From an uncultured Bacilli bacterium (GTDB taxonomy: Bacteria; Bacillota_I; Bacilli_A; ML615J-28; CAG-313): DNA of 64,000 nt. Positions 29,832-38,979 of the stretch are shown one piece after another (the stretch's first letter is position 1; each line of letters starts with the position of its first letter). The notes beneath the pieces were generated by a model that saw nothing but the letters and a program-made list of their open reading frames with translations, had not been told where the DNA came from and ran no database searches. The translations under genes and the position numbers were made by a program. The stretch covers positions 121,184-185,183 of the forward strand of contig CALVCV010000001.1 in assembly GCA_944326155.1 (NCBI GenBank), in the 5' to 3' direction.

Positions 29832-30841
29832 TGTTTGCTCCTTTCTAGAGAAATTGCATGTGCGATAGCTGGAATTGTTTCACCTTGCGCAATCATAATA
29901 GGATTCATTAAAGCTCCCGTTGCAATTAATAAAACTTTACGATAAATACCTTTTTTGAGTGCATCTACAATATATCCCATGGAAACAAGACTAATACATC
30001 CACTACCGCTTCCACCCGCAAAAACCTCTTGATTTTCTAAATCATATAGCATCTTACCTGCATCATTATGATTAGTTGTTACGTTATAATTAAATTCTTT
30101 CATAATTTGTAAAAAAACTTCTGAACCATATTTAGATAAATCACCTGTTAAAATTAAATCATACTCATTGATATCAATTTCAAAATCTTCTAAATGTTGT
30201 TTCAGTGTCATTGCAGCAGCTGGAGCCATGGTTCTACCCATATCTTGAGTATCTGATAGTTCAGGATCAATAATTCTACCGATAGTTGCTCTTCTAATCT
30301 TTATGGGTGATGCAACACTAGACAAGATAGCTACTCCTGCACCTGTTGCAGTAAAAGTCATGGAATTTGGTTTTTGGCCACCATATTCAGTAGGATATCT
30401 AAATTGTCTTTCGCTTGTTGAATTGTGACTTGAGCTGACGACAAGAACATTTTCACCGAATTCCCCGTCAACTAACAATGATCCCACAATTAATGCTTCC
30501 GTACATGTTGAACATGCACTATATACTCCGAGATAGGGAATATTGAAGTCTCTTGAAGCATAGTTTGTTGCCACAATTTGATTATTTAAATCTCCTCCTA
30601 CAATAGCTTTCATATCATCAATTTTAAGTCCCAATTTTTTTAAAGCGCATAAAATGGCATCTTTTTGTAAGCGAATCTCTGCTTTTTCCCAACTTTCTTC
30701 CCCACAATATGAGTTTTCATAACTATCATCAAAATATTTACCTAGTGGACCTTTTCTTTCTCTTGGCCCAGAAATAGTTGCCGATGAACGTAAAAATACA
30801 TTATTAAATTCTATACTATTTTTTCCTCTTGCAAACATCAA
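29828..30841 (-). CDS. spoVAD: stage V sporulation protein AD
   Basis: 337 aa, thiolase/KAS-like fold, conserved position. Confidence 0.8.
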   Translation of the reverse strand: MMFARGKNSIEFNNVFLRSSATISGPRERKGPLGKYFDDSYENSYCGEESWEKAEIRLQKDAILCALKKLGLKIDDMKAIVGGDLNNQIVATNYASRDFNIPYLGVYSACSTCTEALIVGSLLVDGEFGENVLVVSSSHNSTSERQFRYPTEYGGQKPNSMTFTATGAGVAILSSVASPIKIRRATIGRIIDPELSDTQDMGRTMAPAAAMTLKQHLEDFEIDINEYDLILTGDLSKYGSEVFLQIMKEFNYNVTTNHNDAGKMLYDLENQEVFAGGSGSGCISLVSMGYIVDALKKGIYRKVLLIATGALMNPIMIAQGETIPAIAHAISLERSKQ

Positions 30842-30842
30842 A

Positions 30843-31331
30843 TCACCTAAATAAATAAATTACGTTTCCGACAATAAAAGCACTAAGCACTCCTGCAACA
30901 ATTACCGCTCCCGCAAGTTTAAACATATTAGACATTATCCCTAAAATAATACCTTCACTTTTACTTTCTAATGCTGATGAAGTCATCGAATTAGCAAAGC
31001 CAGTAATTGGAATGATAGTACCAGCACCTGAAAATTGACCAATTTTATCAAAGATACCAATTCCTGTTAAAAGGCTTGTTATACCTACAATCACAATATA
31101 CATCAAACTTATTGCTTTATCTTTTTCAATATTCAGTAAATCTTTAAAAAACCATAATATTCCTTGTGCAAATAAACAAATTGTACCACCTACAAGAAAT
31201 GCTTTAATAGAATTTAAAAAGATAGGTCTTTTAATAGTATTTCTATCCAATACTTTTTTAAAAATACTTTTTTCCATGAAATTACTTCCTTTCATGTTTT
31301 TAGTATTAGTATTTTTTACCATTGTATACAA
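30843..31331 (-). CDS. spoVAC: stage V sporulation protein AC
   Basis: 162 aa, 4 TM segments, glycine-rich GAGTIIPITGFANS. The ORF-track start is a TTG; the in-frame ATG is at 31322. Confidence 0.8.
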   Translation of the reverse strand: MYTMVKNTNTKNMKGSNFMEKSIFKKVLDRNTIKRPIFLNSIKAFLVGGTICLFAQGILWFFKDLLNIEKDKAISLMYIVIVGITSLLTGIGIFDKIGQFSGAGTIIPITGFANSMTSSALESKSEGIILGIMSNMFKLAGAVIVAGVLSAFIVGNVIYLFR

Positions 31332-31343
31332 AAAAGTGAAAAT

Positions 31344-31649
31344 TTACTTTTCACTTTTTGAAATTGTGGTTGTAGTTTGAATAAATTCCCATGTTTCATC
31401 ATATTGAATATCAACTTTTCGCAAACTTTTTTTTATTGCTTGCAAGATAATTGGAATAGCAAATTTTGCAAAATTGCAATTTTTTTGTAAATCATATAAT
31501 CTAACCGCTTGAATTAATCCTCTAAACCCAGCTTGTAACAAAATTTCTCTATTTTGATATGGAACATTCATCTTATCCACTAATAGATAAACTAAAATTA
31601 GATTCTCATTGATGATATACTCATAATTATGATAGTTCCATCTGTTCAT
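31344..31649 (-). CDS. sigF: truncated sigma-F-like protein (sigma region 2 only, 101 aa); possible pseudogene
   Basis: It aligns to SigF/SigG region 2.1-2.4: ILVYLLVDKM..., LLQAGFRGLIQAVRLYDLQKNCNFAKFAIPIILQAIKK. It overlaps spoIIAB by 23 nt, as native sigF does. It stops 12 nt before spoVAC. Regions 3 and 4 are absent. Confidence 0.6.
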   Translation of the reverse strand: MNRWNYHNYEYIINENLILVYLLVDKMNVPYQNREILLQAGFRGLIQAVRLYDLQKNCNFAKFAIPIILQAIKKSLRKVDIQYDETWEFIQTTTTISKSEK

Positions 31650-32064
31650 TATACTTTTTCACCATTAATACTTTTGTTCCTTCATTTAGTTTTGATTTCA
31701 CCTCTAGTTTATCCGTAAAAACCTCCATAATTGTAAATCCTAATCCAGCTCTTTCTTCTTCTAATTTAGTTGAAAAAAGAGGTTCTCTTGCTTTTTCAAC
31801 ATCTTCAATTCCCACTCCGTCGTCGATTACTTCAATATAAATATTTTTGGCATCATATGATAAATTTAATTGTACATATTTATTTTCATTAGATAGACAA
31901 CCATGTACAATGGCATTTGTTACAGCTTCAGAAATAACTGTTTTTACCTCATTTAGAAAATTAAGTGGTAAGTCTAGCCCTACTAAAAATCCCACTCCTA
32001 CGGTTCTTGCTAACATGACATTATCTACTTTTGCCAAAAAGGATGTTCTAATTTCATTATACAT
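31627..32064 (-). CDS. spoIIAB: anti-sigma F factor (serine kinase SpoIIAB)
   Basis: 145 aa. Close match to the B. subtilis SpoIIAB pattern: EIKTVISEAVTNAIVHG, GVGIEDVEKAREPLFSTK, GLGFTIMEVFTD. Confidence 0.85.
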   Translation of the reverse strand: MYNEIRTSFLAKVDNVMLARTVGVGFLVGLDLPLNFLNEVKTVISEAVTNAIVHGCLSNENKYVQLNLSYDAKNIYIEVIDDGVGIEDVEKAREPLFSTKLEEERAGLGFTIMEVFTDKLEVKSKLNEGTKVLMVKKYNEQMELS

Positions 32065-32414
32065 TACATTACCTCCACAATTTTAGCTGCCTCTGTTTCG
32101 TTTGCAGCAACACTACAAATTTTTTTTAGCCCTGACAAATTAAAAATTCGCTCAATTAGTCGATTCATTGAACAAATTACAATTCTACCATTTCTTCTTC
32201 TTACCTGCGAATACCTTCCGATTATAAAACCTACACCACTACTATCCATAAAATTTAATTTTTCAAAATTAAATATTAAATATTTTATCTCATATTTGTC
32301 TATTAGTTCACTTATCCTAATTTTCAATTTTTCAGTTACTGCTTGATCCAATTCCCCATTTAAGCGAACAAATAACATATTTTTTCTAATTGACATTTGT
32401 ATATTGACTGACAT
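32064..32414 (-). CDS. spoIIAA: anti-sigma F factor antagonist (STAS domain SpoIIAA)
   Basis: ORF track gives 32064..32606. Trimmed to MSVNIQMSIRKNMLFVRLNGELD at 32414, with a GGAGGGG RBS. STAS motif FMDSSGVGFIIGRY carries the phosphorylatable Ser. Confidence 0.8.
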   Translation of the reverse strand: MSVNIQMSIRKNMLFVRLNGELDQAVTEKLKIRISELIDKYEIKYLIFNFEKLNFMDSSGVGFIIGRYSQVRRRNGRIVICSMNRLIERIFNLSGLKKICSVAANETEAAKIVEVM

Positions 32415-32535
32415 CTTATCCCCCTCCATTAAAATTTTAACATAAATTATTACTTGATACAAAAAGAATTGATTACCAAAAATAAAGCTCTCATAAAACG
32501 ACATTTTATTAAGGGCTTTATTTATCAAAAAATAT

Positions 32536-32576
32536 ATAAAAACAGAGTTTTTTGTATAATAAACTCTGTTTTTATT
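32536..32576 (-). terminator. intrinsic terminator after dacF
   Basis: Hairpin AAAACAGAGTT-ttttgtataataa-AACTCTGTTTT (32538..32572) followed by a U-run on the minus strand. Confidence 0.65.
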
Positions 32577-32577
32577 A

Positions 32578-33738
32578 TCATAATATCTTAGAAAATATAA
32601 TTGCAAATAATTCTAAAAAATTACTCTTTTTAACTTTTTCTTTTAACTCTAAATCAATAATTTTATATAGTTTATCATCAATATAAACGTATAGCTTACC
32701 TATTTTTTGTCCTTCACCACTAGTAATTTTTTGATCATCAATTCTAATTTCGTAGTTAATTATGCCATCTTTAGCATTTTTCTCAATCATCCTTGCGATG
32801 TCTTGCGATAAAACGATATTATAGATAGATGGATTCATTAAAATATTTTCTTCTGTTTGTACGATTGAACCTTTTGGACTAATTAATTGTTTTTCGAAAT
32901 TAGCAAAAGTATAGTTTAACAAATTGATGGTATCTTGATTACGACCATCAACTGTAGGAGCACCCATGACAACTGAAATAATACGCATTCCATTTGCTTT
33001 TTTAGTAGCTACAAGACAATATCCTGCTTGATTTGTCCACCCTGTCTTGAGACCATCAATTTCATTTTTTCCTTTAATCAATTTGTTCGTGTTGACAAGC
33101 CAAAAAGGCTTATCAGTGTCTTTTCGTAAATAAGTTTCATACATTGACGATAGAGGGATAATCTCATCACCATATTTTGCAAGCAATTCTCTAGCAATGA
33201 TTGAAAGATCATGTGCTGTAGTAACATGACCTTCTTCATGAAGACCTGTTGCATTTAAATAATGTGTATTTTTCATACCCAGATTAATTGCTTCCTCGTT
33301 CATTTTCTTAACAAATAGTTCCTCAGTACCTGCAACAGCTTCTGCTAGTGCTACTGCAGCATCATTGGCAGAAGCAATAACAACAGCTTTTAGCAAATCA
33401 TCAACTGTCATTTGTTCATTTGGTGCCAAATAGATTTGACTACCTCCCATAGAAGAGGCATATTCTGAAGTGGTAATCAGTTGATCATGCTTTAATTTTC
33501 CATCATGAATGGCATCCATAATTAACTTAATTGTCATAATTTTAGTTGTACTTGCAGGAAATCTTACTTCATCCATCTTATATTCATATAGAATGTCACC
33601 CGTATCTAACTCAATAACAATACCACTTTTTGCTGATTTTAATAAATTGTCTTCTGCATGAACCCAAATTTTATTACAAAATATCATTACCAAAAATACA
33701 ATAACTATGAGTAAACCTTTTTTACATCCTTTTTTCAC
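32578..33738 (-). CDS. dacF: D-alanyl-D-alanine carboxypeptidase (PBP5-like; DacF by position)
   Basis: 386 aa. Signal peptide, SxxK motif ASTTKIMT, and SxN/KTG-type motifs. It lies immediately upstream of spoIIAA, as in Bacillus. Confidence 0.85.
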   Translation of the reverse strand: MKKGCKKGLLIVIVFLVMIFCNKIWVHAEDNLLKSAKSGIVIELDTGDILYEYKMDEVRFPASTTKIMTIKLIMDAIHDGKLKHDQLITTSEYASSMGGSQIYLAPNEQMTVDDLLKAVVIASANDAAVALAEAVAGTEELFVKKMNEEAINLGMKNTHYLNATGLHEEGHVTTAHDLSIIARELLAKYGDEIIPLSSMYETYLRKDTDKPFWLVNTNKLIKGKNEIDGLKTGWTNQAGYCLVATKKANGMRIISVVMGAPTVDGRNQDTINLLNYTFANFEKQLISPKGSIVQTEENILMNPSIYNIVLSQDIARMIEKNAKDGIINYEIRIDDQKITSGEGQKIGKLYVYIDDKLYKIIDLELKEKVKKSNFLELFAIIFSKIL

Positions 33739-33800
33739 TATATCACCACTTTAATGTATGAAAAAAAGCAAAAAAATATAACAAAAAAGCATAAACCTTT

Positions 33801-34718
33801 CTAAGATTTATGCGGAATAATAAAATTAATTTTTTCTTTATGAATTGTAACTTCAAAAGTTCGATTGATTCTAGTTTCACCATCTAGGCAACCAACTAAA
33901 TCATTTTTAGCAATAATTCGAATATTTATTCCTCTTCTATATACTAATAATTTTTGAAAACGTGGATTATTAACATGTAACCCTTTTTTATAAAATTTAA
34001 TAAGTCTTGCAAAAGTAAAAATTGAGACTTTCTTTACAACTAATATATCAGCAAGTCCATCTTGATATTCAGCATTGGGTGCGCATTTATAACCTCCGCC
34101 ATAATATTTCGCATTTGCGATAGTAGCAAGCATCATTTTTCCACTAAAAATTAGTTCATCATCAACATATACATCAACAACATCTCCTAATTTAGGCGAA
34201 ATAATATTTTTAAATAGTGCATAATTATATGCTTTTTTAATAGTTTTAAATTTTCTACGATACCTAATTTGATCATAATTGGCACGTGCGTCAAAACCAA
34301 AATTGGCAACATTTAAAATATATTCTCCACTTGATTCTAAAACATCAATTTTCATTTTTTTGCCAGTCAATTGCTTTTCTAAAGTATAGAAATCATATTC
34401 AGGAAAAGTTTTTAAAAAATCATTACATGATCCAACAGGAATAATACCAAAATTAACATGTGGATAATTAATAATTCCATTTAAGACTTCAAATGATGTA
34501 CCATCTCCGCCACAAGCAAATACATTAATATCTTCTCCTTGATGGATTTCACATATTTTTTTAGTTAATTCTGTAGCATTATGGGGTGATTTTGTTATCA
34601 ATATTTCAAATTCATTACTGTTTTTTAATTCTAATTTTATTTCATCTAGTTGTTTTTGAACTATTTCTACTCCTTTGCCCTCCCCTGCAACTGGATTAAC
34701 AATAAAAAAATTCTTCAT
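33801..34718 (-). CDS. DAGK-catalytic-domain lipid kinase (YegS/DgkB-like)
   Basis: 305 aa. Motifs NPVAGEGKG and GGDGT. Confidence 0.8.
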   Translation of the reverse strand: MKNFFIVNPVAGEGKGVEIVQKQLDEIKLELKNSNEFEILITKSPHNATELTKKICEIHQGEDINVFACGGDGTSFEVLNGIINYPHVNFGIIPVGSCNDFLKTFPEYDFYTLEKQLTGKKMKIDVLESSGEYILNVANFGFDARANYDQIRYRRKFKTIKKAYNYALFKNIISPKLGDVVDVYVDDELIFSGKMMLATIANAKYYGGGYKCAPNAEYQDGLADILVVKKVSIFTFARLIKFYKKGLHVNNPRFQKLLVYRRGINIRIIAKNDLVGCLDGETRINRTFEVTIHKEKINFIIPHKS

Positions 34719-34735
34719 AAACTCCTCATGTATCT

Positions 34736-35872
34736 TTAATTGTTATATTGAATATTGTTATAATCTTTTATAATATGTTCTAAATCATCACGAATTGTTA
34801 TATGCTGTGGGCATAGAGTTTCACATCTACCACATTTTACGCATTTATCAGCAAATTTATCATTTTTAATAAAATGATTTACGCGATTTTTAAAGGTTTC
34901 TTTGTTATCATACATACCATATTGATTCCAAATAGCAAAATTTCCTGGAATATCAACTCCAAAAGGACATGGCATACAATATCTACAAGCTGTACAACCA
35001 TTTTTAAGGCGCTTTCTTAGGTTTGTAACTACTTTTTCATACATTATTTTTTCATCATCTGATAACTTTTGATAATGTGAAAAAGTATCTACATTATCTT
35101 TTACTTGCTCCAAATTAGACATACCACTCAAAATAACATTGACATTATCTAAATCTGCAACATACCTTAATGCATAAGATGAATCAGATTTACGGTTTTC
35201 TCCAATACCAAAAATATCACTAATTTCTTTAGGTAATCTTGCTAAAAGACCACCTTTAATTGGTTCCATAATTACCATTGGAATATGTTTTGCTTTAGCA
35301 AGTTCATATCCTTTGATACCAGCTTGTGTATCCTTATCAATATAATTGAATTGAATTTGACAGAAATCCCAATCATAATAATTTATTAATTCTTCAAATA
35401 CACTATATTTATCATGAAAAGAAAAACCTAAATATTTAATTTTTCCCTCTTTTCTAAATTGTTCACATATTTCAACAATACCTAACTCTTTAACTTTATC
35501 TAAAGATTCTTGATTCATTGAATGTAACAAATAAAAATCGATATAGTCAACTTTTAAACGATGTAATTGATCATTAAAAATACGATACACATCTTCTTTA
35601 GTATTGATTTGCCAAATTGGTAATTTTGTAGCTAAGAAAAAACTATCCCGAGGGTATTTGCTTAAAACTTTGCCTACAAAAGGCTCAGATGCACCACCAT
35701 GATAAGGATAGGCTGTGTCAATATAGTTTACACCATTTTTAATTGCAAAATCTAACATTTCTTCAGCTTTTTCTTCATCTATTTTGCCATCGACCATTGT
35801 AGGAAATCTCATGCAACCAAAGCCAAGAAGTGATGTTTCGATATTTAACTTATCAAATTTACGATATATCAT
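34736..35872 (-). CDS. aldo/keto reductase with a C-terminal 4Fe-4S ferredoxin domain
   Basis: 378 aa. AKR TIM-barrel N-domain, then CRYCMPCP... and CVKCGRCETLCP cysteine clusters. Confidence 0.8.
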   Translation of the reverse strand: MIYRKFDKLNIETSLLGFGCMRFPTMVDGKIDEEKAEEMLDFAIKNGVNYIDTAYPYHGGASEPFVGKVLSKYPRDSFFLATKLPIWQINTKEDVYRIFNDQLHRLKVDYIDFYLLHSMNQESLDKVKELGIVEICEQFRKEGKIKYLGFSFHDKYSVFEELINYYDWDFCQIQFNYIDKDTQAGIKGYELAKAKHIPMVIMEPIKGGLLARLPKEISDIFGIGENRKSDSSYALRYVADLDNVNVILSGMSNLEQVKDNVDTFSHYQKLSDDEKIMYEKVVTNLRKRLKNGCTACRYCMPCPFGVDIPGNFAIWNQYGMYDNKETFKNRVNHFIKNDKFADKCVKCGRCETLCPQHITIRDDLEHIIKDYNNIQYNN

Positions 35873-35992
35873 ATAGACCTCCTATCTTATAAGATTATAT
35901 CACACATTTATTTTTTTTTTTAAAAGAATGCATTAAATAGACATTTTCATATTAAAATATGTTATAATTATCATAAATTTGGAGGTAAAATT

Positions 35993-36982
35993 ATGAATCA
36001 ATATAAGACAAAATTAGATTTATTAGAAACAGAGATGGCTATAAAATTTATTAAAGATAATTTTGAAAGAGATTTTAGTGAAGCTTTAAATTTAACTAGA
36101 GTATCTGCTCCTTTGATGGTTTTACCCGAATCAGGGTTAAATGATTATCTAAATGGCTATGAAAGGCCTGTTAGTTTTGATGTTCTTAGTTTGAAAAAGA
36201 ATGTTGAAATTGTACAATCTTTAGCAAAATGGAAAAGAATGGCTCTTGCCAAATATGGTTTTTGTCCAGAAAGTGGTCTATATACTGATATGAATGCAAT
36301 AAGGCGTGATGAAGAATTAGATGAGATGCATTCTGCTTATGTTGACCAATGGGACTGGGAAAAAATTATTACTAGAGATGAACGTAATTTTGATTATTTA
36401 AAAAAAACAGTTCAAAAAATTTATAGTGTGATTCGTCTTTTAAGTTATAAAGTTGCCAATCGTTATCCTGAACTCGCAATAGAACTACCAGCTGATATCT
36501 TCTTTGTTTCAACAACTGAACTTGAAAAATTATATCCTACTTTGTCAAGAAAAGAACGCGAAAATGAAATTACAAAAATCCATAAAGCTGTATTTATTTA
36601 CCAAATTGGTTGGAATTTAGCCGATGGTAAACCCCATGATGGTAGAGCCGCCGACTATGACGATTGGCTTTTAAATGGAGATATCGTTTTATGGTATGAT
36701 GTTTTAAATCGTGCTTTTGAGATTTCTTCAATGGGTATTCGAGTTGACGAAACATCAATTGTTAAACAATTAAAAGAACGTAACGAAGAATATAAAATTA
36801 GTAATCCATTTGTTCAAGGTATCCTAAATAACACTTTACCACTTACAATAGGTGGTGGTATAGGTCAATCTAGACTTTGCATGTATTTTTTAAAGAAAAA
36901 ACATATTGGTGAAGTTCAATCATCAGTCTGGGGTGAAGAATATCTAAAAAATTTAGCAAAGGAAAATATTCACTTGTTATAA
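35993..36982 (+). CDS. asnA: aspartate--ammonia ligase (asparagine synthetase A)
   Basis: 329 aa. AsnA-type class-II aaRS-like fold and SSMGIRVD motif. Extended -10 TGtTATAAT near 35957..35965. RBS GGAGG. Confidence 0.9.
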   Translation: MNQYKTKLDLLETEMAIKFIKDNFERDFSEALNLTRVSAPLMVLPESGLNDYLNGYERPVSFDVLSLKKNVEIVQSLAKWKRMALAKYGFCPESGLYTDMNAIRRDEELDEMHSAYVDQWDWEKIITRDERNFDYLKKTVQKIYSVIRLLSYKVANRYPELAIELPADIFFVSTTELEKLYPTLSRKERENEITKIHKAVFIYQIGWNLADGKPHDGRAADYDDWLLNGDIVLWYDVLNRAFEISSMGIRVDETSIVKQLKERNEEYKISNPFVQGILNNTLPLTIGGGIGQSRLCMYFLKKKHIGEVQSSVWGEEYLKNLAKENIHLL

Positions 36983-36994
36983 AAGAAGGCAAAA

Positions 36995-38179
36995 ATGCAA
37001 AAATTATTAGTAAAATTATTTATTAAGGATTACCAAAAGATTCATGATCCTAAAGTTCGTAGCAAATATGGCACGCTATCAGGAATTACGGGAATTGTTA
37101 GTAATATAATCTTGTGTAGCATTAAAATTATTCTTGGTATTATTACCGCAAGTCTGTCCATTCTTGCAGACGGAATCAATAACTTAACAGATGCTGGTTC
37201 TTCTGTTATTACCCTTGTTGGTTTTAAATTATCAAGTATACCAGCTGATGAAGATCATCCTTTTGGTCATGAAAGAATTGAATATATTACTGGTCTTATC
37301 ATATCATTTTTAATCTTAATTATTGGTTTTACCCTAGGTAAAGAATCAGTTACAAAGTTAATCACCAAGGAAGTTACACAAACAATTTCATTTAGTATTA
37401 TTATTATAATGATTCTATCGATTTTAATTAAACTTTGGCAATCGATATTCTACCGTAAAATGGCTAAAGCTATTAATTCAGAAGCCCTATTTGCAAGTTC
37501 AAAAGATAGTTTAAATGACTGTATTTCAACATCAGCAGTTATTATTGGATTAATTATTTTTAAATTTACAAATTGGGAACCAATTGATGGTATTTTAGGA
37601 ATAATTGTTGCCATTTTTATTTTAATTTCAGGTATAAAAATGGTCTTTGAAACAGTCAATCCATTAATTGGCACAAAACCCACACAAGAAGAAATTAATA
37701 GTATTACAAAAAAAATTTTAAGTTACCAAGGTGTTATTGGCGTTCATGATTTAGTTATTCACCATTATGGTAGTTGCACTACTTTTGTAACAGCCCATGT
37801 TGAAGTACCAAGTGATGAAGATATTGTTATTAGTCATGATATCATTGACAATATTGAAAGAGAATTACGTACTCAATTGGGCATTGATTTAACGCTTCAC
37901 ATGGACCCCGTCGATATCAAAAACCCTAGAACCAATGAATTACGTCAAAAAGTTGTAAATATTATAGAAAGTATTAGTAAAGATTTATCTATTCATGATT
38001 TTAGAGTTGTATATGGTGATACACATACCAATTTAGTATTTGATGTAGCTATGCCAATTAAATTTAGTTGTAGTAAAAAAGAACTAAAAGATTTAATTAC
38101 TAGCGAAATTAAAAAATTAGATGAAACTTATTTTCCAGTAATTCAAATTGATCAACTATATAATCGTAATGAAGAATAA
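36995..38179 (+). CDS. cation diffusion facilitator (CDF) family metal efflux transporter
   Basis: 394 aa. 6 TM plus a C-terminal cytoplasmic domain. LADGINNLTDAGSS with HD/His sites. Confidence 0.85.
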   Translation: MQKLLVKLFIKDYQKIHDPKVRSKYGTLSGITGIVSNIILCSIKIILGIITASLSILADGINNLTDAGSSVITLVGFKLSSIPADEDHPFGHERIEYITGLIISFLILIIGFTLGKESVTKLITKEVTQTISFSIIIIMILSILIKLWQSIFYRKMAKAINSEALFASSKDSLNDCISTSAVIIGLIIFKFTNWEPIDGILGIIVAIFILISGIKMVFETVNPLIGTKPTQEEINSITKKILSYQGVIGVHDLVIHHYGSCTTFVTAHVEVPSDEDIVISHDIIDNIERELRTQLGIDLTLHMDPVDIKNPRTNELRQKVVNIIESISKDLSIHDFRVVYGDTHTNLVFDVAMPIKFSCSKKELKDLITSEIKKLDETYFPVIQIDQLYNRNEE

Positions 38180-38213
38180 AAAATTCACAAATTAATTGTG
38201 AATTTTTTATTTT

Positions 38214-38948
38214 TTATAAAAGTATTTCCGAAAAATTTACATATTCTAAATCTAATATATCTTGTATTACTATATTTGCATTCTTATTCCATGAAACCAT
38301 ATTAATAGTATAAACACTAAGTCCTGAATTGGCATATGAACTATTATAATCAACTAGATTAATCTTACCACCTCTAGTCCTTATGTAATCAATTAATTTT
38401 TTTAAATCAGATCTTGAAAATAGTTCAACATGAATTTCAAGTGTATTGGAATTCTTAGTAAAGATTTTTTCCAATCTTGGTAAGAAAACAAAGGCAACTA
38501 AAGCAAATATTGTACCAATAATACCAACTGTATAAAAACCGATACCAATTGATAAGCCAATACATGCTGAAACCCAAAGACCTGCTGCCGTCGTTAATCC
38601 TTTAATTTGACTTCTTGATGTTACTAAAATTGTACCTGCACCTAAAAAACCAATACCGCTTATAACTTGTGCACCAAGCCTACCAATATCTCCTTGACCA
38701 TATACCTCAAAAATATATTGATTTGTAAAAATGGCAATCATTGCACCAAGTGACACCAAAATATATGTTCTAAATCCTGCTGCATGTCTTCTTCTTGCTC
38801 TTTCCAAACCGATTAAACCAGCACAAATAAATGTTAAAATAAAACGAACTAATATAGACCAAATTGAAATATCGCCAATAAGATCTTCAAGTCCTAGCCA
38901 ATTTGTAATCGGATCAATATAATTTATATTACTCATTTCAAACATCAT
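38214..38948 (-). CDS. mgtC: MgtC/SapB family membrane protein
   Basis: 244 aa. N-terminal MgtC TM domain, C-terminal ACT-like domain. Confidence 0.75.
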   Translation of the reverse strand: MMFEMSNINYIDPITNWLGLEDLIGDISIWSILVRFILTFICAGLIGLERARRRHAAGFRTYILVSLGAMIAIFTNQYIFEVYGQGDIGRLGAQVISGIGFLGAGTILVTSRSQIKGLTTAAGLWVSACIGLSIGIGFYTVGIIGTIFALVAFVFLPRLEKIFTKNSNTLEIHVELFSRSDLKKLIDYIRTRGGKINLVDYNSSYANSGLSVYTINMVSWNKNANIVIQDILDLEYVNFSEILL

Positions 38949-38979
38949 TCAATTCTCCTTCATTTTTCTTTATATTTTA

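Noticed and set aside
32415-32535. Spo0A-box-like sequence TGTCGTT upstream of spoIIAA, and a possible sigma-H promoter.
   Set aside because: It is a single 5/7 match to TGNCGAA with no convincing -35/-10 for sigma-H. It cannot be distinguished from chance.
32064-32606. The ORF-track 180-aa version of spoIIAA, with a 64-aa N-terminal extension (MQLYFLRYYDNKN...).
   Set aside because: The extension is low-complexity, has no RBS, and runs into the dacF terminator region. The internal Met (MSVNIQ...) has a strong GGAGGGG RBS and gives the canonical 117-aa STAS protein.
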